A stretch of DNA of 64,000 nt from the human T2T-CHM13v2.0 reference genome, Homo sapiens. The notes below the pieces were generated by a model. It had not been told where the DNA came from. It did no database searches and worked only from the letters and a program-made list of their open reading frames with translations. Every line of letters starts with the position of its first letter. The stretch's first letter is position 1. Below, one piece after another: positions 54,999 to 64,000 of the stretch. A program made the translations under genes and the position numbers. The stretch lies in assembly GCF_009914755.1 (NCBI RefSeq), contig NC_060927.1, one strand, 5' to 3'.

Positions 54999-55743
54999 CT
55001 AAGAAAAGACACACCTGTCTCGGTGGGAGGTTGGACATGCTGCTGCGGTCGTTGCCTACAGGGGAGTGAGAGGTGACAGCGTGCTGGCAGTCCTCACAGC
55101 CCTCGCTCGCTCTCTGCGCCTCCTCTGCCTGGGCTCCCACTTTGAGGGCACTTGAGGAGCCCTTCAGCCCACCGCTGCACTGTGGGAGCCCCTTTCTGGG
55201 CTGGCCAAGGCCGGAGCCGGCTCCCTCAGCTTGCAGGGAGGTGTGGAGGGAGAGGCGCGAGCGGGAACCGGGTCTGTGCGCGGCGCTTGCGGGCCAGCTG
55301 GAGTTCCGGGTGGGCGTGGGCTTGGCGGGCCCCGCACTCGGAGCGGCCGGCCGGCCCTGCCGACCCCGGGCAATGAGGGGCTTAGCATCCCGGCCAGCGG
55401 CTGCGGAGGGTGTACTGGGTCCCCCAGCAGTGCTAGCCCACCAGCGCTGAGCTCGATTTCTCGCCGGGCCTTAGCTGCCTTCCCGCGGGGCAGGGCTCGG
55501 GACCTGCAGCCCGCCATGCCTGAGCCTCCCACCCCCTCCTTGGGCTCCTGTGCGGCCCAAGCCTCCCCGATGAGCGCCGCCCCCTGCTCCAGGGCGCCCG
55601 GTCCCATCGACCACCCAAGGGCTGAGGAGTGCGGGCGCAGGGCGCGGGACTGGCAGGCAGCTCCATCTGCAGCCCTGGTGCGGGATCCACTGGGTGAAGC
55701 CAGGTGGGCTCCTGAGTCTGGTGGGGGCCTGGAGAACCTTTAT

Positions 55744-56007
55744 GGCGGCGCGTCTGGAGTTGTTCGTTCCTCCCGGTGGGTTCGTGGTCTCGCTGGCCTC
55801 AGGATTAAAGCTGCAGACCTTCGCGGTGAGTGTTACAGCTCACAAAGGCAGTGTGGACCCAAAGAGTGAGCAGCAGCAAGATTTATTGCAAAGAGTGAAA
55901 GAACAAAGCTTCCACAGTGTGGAAGGGGACCCGAGTGGGTTGCCACTGCTAGCTCAGGCAGCCTGCTTTTATTCTCTTATCTGGCCCCACCCACATCCTG
56001 CTGATTG
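55744..56007 (-). promoter_or_regulatory. Inverted copy of the LTR12C core promoter/R/U5 segment
   Basis: Reverse complement of 56450-56712 with ~12 differences. Carries a GT box (55984-55992), GATA site (55977-55982), AATAAAA TATA-like box (55967-55973) and poly(A) signal (55882-55887) on the minus strand. Confidence 0.85.
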
Positions 56008-56495
56008 TCCACACTCTGTATCTAGCTAATCTGGTGGGGATGTGGAGAACCTTTGTGTCTAGCTCAAGGTTTGTAAACATACCAATCAGCACCCTGTGAC
56101 TAGCTCAGGGTTTGTGAATGCACCAATCGACACTCTGTATCTAGCTACTCTGGTGGGGCCTTGGAGAACCTTTATGTCTAGTTCAAGGATTGTAAATACA
56201 CCAATCGGCACTCTGTATCTAGCTCAAGGTTTGTAAACACACCAATCAGCACCCTGTGTCTAGCTCAGGGTTTGTGAATGCACCAATCGACACTCTGTAT
56301 CTAGCTACTCTGGTGGGGACTTGTAGAACCTTTGTGTCCACACTCTGTATCTAGCTAATCTGGTGGGGACGTGGAGAACCTTTGTGTCTAGCTCAGGGAT
56401 TGTAAACACACCAATCAGCACCCTGTCAAAACAGACCACTCGGCTCTACCAATCAGCAGGATGCGGCTAGGGCCAGATAAGAGAATAAAGCAGGC
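56008..56495 (+). promoter_or_regulatory. LTR12C U3 enhancer repeats and native core promoter
   Basis: Seven CCAAT (NF-Y) boxes near 56082, 56123, 56201, 56242, 56283, 56411 and 56449, in tandem ~40-bp subunits with GATA motifs. AGATAAGAGAATAAAG at about 56475-56490. Confidence 0.85.
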
Positions 56496-58422
56496 TGCCC
56501 GAGCTAGCAGTGGCAACCCACTCGGGTCCCCTTCCACACTGTGGAAGCTTTGTTCTTTCACTCTTTGCAATAAATCTTGCTGCTGCTCACTCTTTGGGTC
56601 CACACTGCCTTTGTGAGCTGTAACACTCACCACGAAGGTTTGCAGCTTCACTCCTGAAGCCAGCGACACCACGAACCCACCGGGAGGAACGAACAACTCC
56701 AGACGTGCCGCCTTAAGAGCTGTAACACTCACCGCGAAGGTCTGCAGCTTCACTCCTGAGCCGGCGAGACCGCGAACCCCACCAGAAGGAAGAAACTCCG
56801 AACACATCCGAACATCAGAAGGAACAAACTCCAGATGCGCCACCTTAAGAGCTGTAACACTCACCGCGAGGGTCCGAGGCTTCATTCTTGAAGTCAGTGA
56901 GACCAAGAACCCACCAATTCCGGACACAGGAGGAGTCAGGGTCCACCCCAAGGACACAAGGATCCCCAGTACCAAGCTCTCGGTGGCACTTGATGCTGTC
57001 ACTTACGGGTACCACAGTTTCTGGCAGGAGCAGCCTCCTCTTTAGGCTCCTTTAAAGCAGGTGCTCTGTGCTACCATCACTTCTCCCAGTGCAGCTGGCA
57101 CAGAGCTTTGCCTATTGGGCCTCCATATCTTTACCAACCTCCCAAATACAAGGCCGCTGATACTCCCCAATTTGTGAATGAGGAAAGAGAAACTCAAAGG
57201 CACATGAAATAACTAGAAAACATGACTCAATTGGAATGAGGCAGAGTCAGAATTCACATCCACTAAGGTGTGACTCAAAATCATGGGCCACTTTACCAAG
57301 CCTTGCAGCCTCCTGTAAAACACTAGGCTGGAACATAAAGCAGTGATTTCCTGTACAGTCAGGAAGGCCTCTAGAACTATGGGACTGGTGGTTCCCTTGT
57401 ATTGGGAATTTCAAGCACAAATACCACAGAGATTTTTAAAATCATATCTGGACACAAGTAAAATATGAGGCATAAGACCATAAGGCCCTGAAAAAAATAT
57501 GCCCAAATGCTAATAAAGTTTGTGTTAAATTAGAAATAGTAGCACAAATAACTAATAAATAGTTTTTACTCTGTGCCAAGGACTCTTCCAGGAGATTTAC
57601 AAGAACAAGTTCCGGTAATTCATTGCAGCAATTTACAGAGGTAGGAATTATTATAGGACCCTATTAACAGATAAGGAAACTGAGACAAAGAGAAGACAAA
57701 CAACTTGGATTGGAGCCCAGGAGACTAGCCCAGGGTCCCTCCTCTCCACACTGCACTGTTACCTCAGCAGAGTCTTGGGCACTCCCTTTCTTCCTCTTTA
57801 GGAATAAGAGCCTGTGCTCCAGGAAGCAGGACTTCCCTCTCATCAGGGTCGTCCCTGCTCCTGATGCTGTCACGTATGGATACCACAGGTTCTATTCAGA
57901 GCATACTCCTCATTAAGCTCCTGGAAAGCAGGGACTGTGAACTATCACCATCTTTCCCCCAGTGCGGACAGCACGGGGCTTTGCCTATTGGGCCTCAATA
58001 GACGCTTAAATTGAATAAAAGTTCATTAGTTCCAGACATTTACACCAACAGGCTAAACGTTATTTGCCTGCAGGATTTTATATGGTACAGAGAGGATCCT
58101 GGTAAAAATGGTTTAGGCTGTTACTGAGAAAAACAGGAAGTTTTGTGTCTGCATCAGGCATCAATAATTGGGATTTTAACTCTAACCCCACCCTACACTT
58201 CACTGCAAATGCGGAAACGTTGCTAAACACTTTGTGTCCAGTTTTTCAGTCCTCAGCAAAATGAGATTAAAATATCTACTTCTACCTTTCTGGGAGTAAG
58301 GGAAGGATGAAATTTATTTTGATGTAGAGAAGAGAGGAATCGGGTCTAAAGAGTGTTTAGTTTCTGAGAGAGAAGACAGTGATCACTCATCACTTTGGTG
58401 ATAGTGAACCTGCAGAACTTAC

Positions 58423-58845
<423 letters not shown>

Positions 58846-58941
58846 CTGGGGAGAAGAAACCCAACCCAAGATGGGTTAAAAACTAGTGAAATCAAACAGA
58901 TTTGACCAAGACTGAGGGATGACTATAACTGGAATTCTTAC

Positions 58942-59100
58942 CTTACTGTTCAGAAAAACTTGATCAGCACCCCACAACACCTGAAAGTCCTTAACCACAA
59001 AAACAAAGTTTAAGGAGCCAGAGCTTGGAGCAGAAGGCACTGCCTGTAGCTTAGACTCTGAAGGGAGTGAGGGAAGTAGTGCCCAGTGGGTCAGGTAACG
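58942..59100 (-). other. Probable NBPF 5' UTR exon (5' boundary uncertain)
   Basis: Strong donor CAGTAAG|gtaaga 96 nt upstream of the first coding exon acceptor. Confidence 0.5.
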
Positions 59101-60253
59101 GTCTGCCGTCGCTATTACAGAATTAGAAGGTGGGGATGTCATGGCATCTTGGAGCCCCTGCCTTCTACTTGCCTAGGCCATGCTGAAACACAAGGCCTCC
59201 TGATCTCCCCTGAGGGTCACCACCGATGGGGACCACTCCCTCAGCTGTCATTCTGGGTATTTGTGTACCCTTGTGACAGTACCGCAGACCTATCTCTTTC
59301 CCAATAAATCTAAGCATATTTCTCATTGTTCATCCTTTATGTGTATAAAATCATCATGGCAGAAATAATTTCCCAACAGGTTTTATTTTCAATTGTTGTG
59401 ATGAAGTTGTCCCCCTTCTCTTTAAGTAAAAACAGATCTGAAGGCTTTTCTACAAGTGAAAGATGTGGAAGTTTTAGACTGCCATGATGTGCTTTTCTGG
59501 GTCTTCTGCAGTTTTTTCTGTGTCTTCTAAAAAGTGTAGGACTAAAAGCAGAATATAATACTATGTGAGTGAATAATTCATTTTCAAAATGTTTTCTTTA
59601 TTGTCTCAATATTCTTCTTGCGGCATCCCATTGTTATGTTGATTTCTTTTCACTTACTGGGGCAGTATGTTGGCTTTTCACTACACTTACAACCAGTTTG
59701 ACATCCTTATTGCTGAAGCTCTTCCACTATCTGTAGGCTGATTTGTATTTTAATGTCTCTAAATACTCCATTTCATACATCTCAGTTATGGATGTCATTC
59801 TAGATTCACAATTGCTGTTTTCAAGATTTCAAGTGATCAAAATCATTTACGCATACCTCCTGAAAATATGCAGAGACCACCTATCTTGGGAAATCTTATA
59901 AAACTGAGGCTATTTTGTTGTTTTCATTTAGTTCCCCTATATATTAAACATAACAGGGCCCATGAGCAGTTTTTATGGAATATTGCTTGTTAGATGTTTT
60001 TTTGAGTTGGCCTAATACCATTGATCTGTGATTGTCTTCCACTAAAAGAACATGGTGAGATCAGTCATGGTCAGTGGTGGTTGGTGATCTGCTGGGTACA
60101 TGTGTAATACCCTAGAGGAAGGTGCAGGTCATAATCCATTGTGGTTTTTATAGCACAATGTATGTTTTATGGAGTTTTTACTCTGTTCTGTTTACAAAGA
60201 TTAAATTGAAGCTATGGTTTAGGGTTTTACACCTGAACTTAAAATTTTTCTGA

Positions 60254-60557
<304 letters not shown>

Positions 60558-62069
60558 ACTTAAAGTTTTTCTGATTTCTACATTGCAACTAAATTCTCCT
60601 GTAAATAGAAAAATACTTTTTATTACTTATAAGAACAAATAATTGGTTTGAGTTTTAAAGATGAAGCACTAACTTTTGTTTTCATCGTGCACTTGTCCCT
60701 ATTTGTGCTGCTCACTGTCTCTCAGCATGTCCTGGTCTTTCTCCTTGCACTTACCCTCCTCCTGCTGAACAATCTCCATGCACTGTCCAACACCACCAGC
60801 AATTCCAGCTCTCCCTTGGCCTCCCCAAAATGGGTGCAGGTGTCAGGATGTCAAACACATCCTAAATGCAAAAGCGACCCATGCTCTAGAGCAGGCAGCT
60901 GTGATCCCACCTGCCTGAAGTTGGAGATAATGTCCTAGTACAGGAAGGAATTACTTCTCTTTTACTAAGGGGTCTTTTCTTCATGTCTGAATGCCTCTGT
61001 TCTAGTGAGCACAACTGTCCGAAATATGAATGCACTTGCTAACTTTCTAGTTTCTTCTTAGGCAGCTAGATTATTTATAAGTCCTCTTTACTTACGTATC
61101 TCTACTGAAGTTTGAATTCTTAGCCGAACGATTCCTTTTCTTGTAAGGTGAGAGGCTTGGAGAAGACCGGTCTTGTCACTGTGCAGAAAAGGTAAAAAAA
61201 ATTCTATTCAAAGCAAGTTTGAATTTGAAACTAGGGCTTTCACTGTTTCCAACGTGGAAGGTCAGTGTCTCAAGCACATGTCTCCAAGGGCTTGTGTCTC
61301 TGCTGTACTCCAGATAAAGCTAAAATGGGGCCGAAGGATCCAGGTCTCTTAGAGTCCCCCAGTTTCTCTGGGCTTTAGAGGCTGCAATGAACATATCCTG
61401 TTGTTCTGCTCTGGCTTACTTTTGTATTGTGGCTTTGGGATGATGTGATGCAGCTTAGTGGTTCCTACCCCCAAGCTGATCAGAGTAAGAAACAACACCT
61501 GGGAAAGTTAGTGCAAATACAAGTCCATCAACCCCATTGCAGTGATTCTGATTCAGTGGCCTTACCTGGTGCCTGGAATGCATTTGTCAATGTTACTCAG
61601 ATGTGCAGGCAGTTTGGGCACCCACTGATATCATCAATCTTACAGTTTGTGAGATGATTTTTCTTACATATTATCACTTGTGATCTTCACAATCGACTTG
61701 TGAGGAAAGCTTTACTTTGCCCTGTTTTGTTGATGAAGTAACCAAGGCACAGACTCTGTAACCTGTCCAAGTTCTCCTCACTGTAAGTACTGCAGCCAGA
61801 TCTCAGGTAGTCCCCTCTCCCCCACACCCTTTTCCACATTTTCCAATTCAATTGTGTCAGTTCTTTCTGAGTAGGTGTTTCTCTCACCTATACCTTATTT
61901 CTGCAAAAACAAAAACAAAAAAAAAAAAACGCTTTTTTTAATCTAATGTATTTCCTCACAACAGGCTGTCAGCATCATATTCTGGCCACTGACTGTGAAA
62001 GCGAGATGCAATTTTTCCATGAAAATACTGGGCAGAGAAACGTGGAAGGACAACTTGCGTTATTATGTT

Positions 62070-63200
62070 GTTATTATTATTACTAAAGTATAATTCATAT
62101 ATCATAAAAGTCACCATTTTTAGGCATACCATTCAGTGTCTGTTACTATATTTAAAAGGTTTTGCAATCATCACCACTACCTAATTCCAGAACATTTTTG
62201 TAACGTTAAAAAGAATGCCCGTACTTATTGGTAGTCATTCTCCATTCTCCACTTCTTGCAATCCATAACTTTATAGCAACCACTAATCTACTTTCTCTAT
62301 ATATAAATTTAATTGCTCTGGAAATTTCACATATATGGAATAATACATTATATGGCCTTTTGCATCTGGCTTCTTTCACTTAGCATAATGTTCTCAAGGT
62401 TCATCCTTGATGTGGCATGTGTCAGTACTTCCATCCTTTTCATGGCCAAATAATATTCCATTTTTTATGGACCATATACCACATTTTTTATCTATTCATC
62501 AAGTGATCATTGTTTGGGATGTTTCCCCTTTCTAACTATTATGAATAATGCTCCTTTGAATATTTTTACATGTTTTTGAGTGAACATCTGTTTTCAATTC
62601 TCTTGGTTATATACCTAGGCATGTAATTGCTGCATCCTATACAACTTTATATTGAACTTTTTGAGGAACTAATGAACTGTATTCCAAGCTCAGTGGCCAC
62701 ACCATATTATATTCCTGCTAGCAATTACAGGAATTCCATTTTCTCCACAATCTCCCCAGTGTGTGTTGTCTTTTTTTGTTTGTTTTAGTCATACTAGTGT
62801 GTATGAAGTGGTATCTTATTTTGGTTTAGCTTTACATTTTCCTACTGACAAATAACATTAAACATCTTTGCATGTGCTTATTGGCCATTTATATGTATCC
62901 TTTAGAGAAATGTCTATTCAAACCCCTTTTCCCAATGTTAAATTGAGTTATTTGGTTTTTTTGTTGCTCAGTTATAAGAATTCTTTGTATGTTCTGGATA
63001 CAGGACCCTTGTCAGATATATGATTTGCAAATATTTCTCCCATTATGTGTATTATCTTTTCACTTCCTTGATAATGTCCCTTGAAGTATAAAATTTTTTA
63101 ATCTTAATAAAGTTGAATTTATCTACTTGGGGTTGTTTGTGTATATCTAAGAAATCAGTGTCTAATCCAAAGTCATAAAGATTTATACCTGGGTTTTCTT
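62070..63200 (-). mobile_element. L1MB-like 3' fragment
   Basis: Antisense L1 3' end: ctttcacttagcataatgttctcaaggttcatc...ttagagaaatgtctattcaa. Confidence 0.85.
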
Positions 63201-63805
63201 TAAAATATCAGTTTTTGAATGAGAACTTTCCTGGGTTTTAGTGAAAGGTGGACATTATTTAATTATGCCTTGGGTCCATTGTCTGATGTTTCTTCTGATT
63301 GATATTCCTATGCCCACCACCCCCTCTCTGGAGCATCCAATGTCCTGCAACAGAGCTCTGGGGAATGGTACCCTTTCACTGACTTTGATTCAGGTGAGTG
63401 GCCTGGTCATGTAGTTCAGCCCGGCCTTCAACCAAACCAGTTTGACATATTCCTCCATACCTTTAGAGCTGAACAGTTGAGTGCGTCTCTGAGGAATGCT
63501 TGGAAACCCATGTTTTTCTAAGGCTAGAGTGGACTTCCTCAGTCAGTGCTAGACAAAGGGGACTGGAGGGGTTGGATCTAGTCAAGACTTTCATCTCTGG
63601 TGTTAGATAGAGATTACAGCTGCTTCAGGGTTTGAGGAAGGTTGCTCAGTAAAACTAGGTCCTCTCTAACTCTTTTTAGTGTATTGTGACTTTTTTCTAG
63701 AAATAATGGAAGAATATTTATTTTTGAACATTTTTCTGTTTTTCTTCCATTGCTTGTCTACATTTTTAAGTGGGTAAAAGAGAACTCAGAGTAAATATAT
63801 TCTTA

Positions 63806-63949
63806 CGCTTATTATTTTTTTCCTTTTTCTGGAGAACGGGGTCTCGCTATATTGCCCAGGCAGGTCTCGAACTCCTGGGCTCAAGCTATCCTCCCACCTC
63901 TTGCCTCCCTGAGAGCTGGGATTACAGGCGTGAGCCACCGTGCCCGGCC
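63806..63949 (-). pseudogene. BC200 (BCYRN1) retrocopy
   Basis: BC200-diagnostic CCCAGCTCTCAGGGAGG, GGATAGCTTGAGCCC, GAGACCTGCCTGGGCAATATAGCGAGACCCCGTTCTCCAGAAAAAGG, then AATAAGCG. 11-bp TSD ATATATTCTTA at 63795-63805 and 63950-63960. Confidence 0.92.
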
Positions 63950-64000
63950 ATATATTCTTAACTAATTATGGCTCATGTACACTGTCATGTGATCATATTT

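Larger units (their letters stand above)
55067..56928 (+). mobile_element. Solo LTR12C (ERV9/HERV9) with an internal inverted duplication
   Basis: TGAGAGGTGACAGCGTGCTGGCAG ... CCAATTCCGGACACA. 4-bp TSD GGAG at 55063-55066 and 56929-56932. CpG-rich U3. Confidence 0.96.

Noticed and set aside
54892-55140. LTR-NBPF fusion ORF with an intronic ATG (55036-55038) in frame with exon 2
   Set aside because: Splicing to exon 3 meets TGA at the first full codon, so only a ~47-aa peptide could result.
56008-56450. Repeat array resembling CRISPR
   Set aside because: Standard ERV9 U3 enhancer subunits without unique spacers, in a primate genome.
55073-57002. Several 100-212 aa ORFs
   Set aside because: By-products of the GC-rich LTR12C. 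The two similar peptides on opposite strands simply reflect the inverted duplication.

Overview
Hominoid (very probably human) genomic DNA, rich in repeats, with no intact protein-coding gene. The main feature is an unprocessed NBPF4/NBPF6-type pseudogene (Olduvai/DUF1220 family) on the minus strand, about 36.9-59.1 kb. Ten coding-type exons and a probable 5' UTR exon can be mapped at splice-site positions. It is disabled by start-codon loss, nonsense codons, frameshifts and two lost splice sites. Its size and strand fit NBPF21P, but that identification is from memory. The rest is transposon-derived: a near full-length old L1MA, L1PA2-5, L1PB/L1M, Alus, MER11, MaLRs, Tiggers and a BC200 retrocopy. 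The most unusual structures are: (1) a solo LTR12C carrying an inverted duplication of its own core promoter, which creates a divergent promoter aimed into the NBPF exons; (2) an L1PA2 3'-transduction nested in an L1PA5 and terminated by a Tigger1-derived poly(A) signal; (3) two inverted L1PA copies flanking the last NBPF exons that share apparently private variants; (4) an AluY whose target-site duplication (TSD) is the exon-1 splice donor; (5) a tailless BC200 retrocopy; (6) a templated inverted-insertion repair scar inside L1 ORF2. Subfamily names and consensus comparisons are from recalled consensus sequences and need RepeatMasker/Dfam confirmation.
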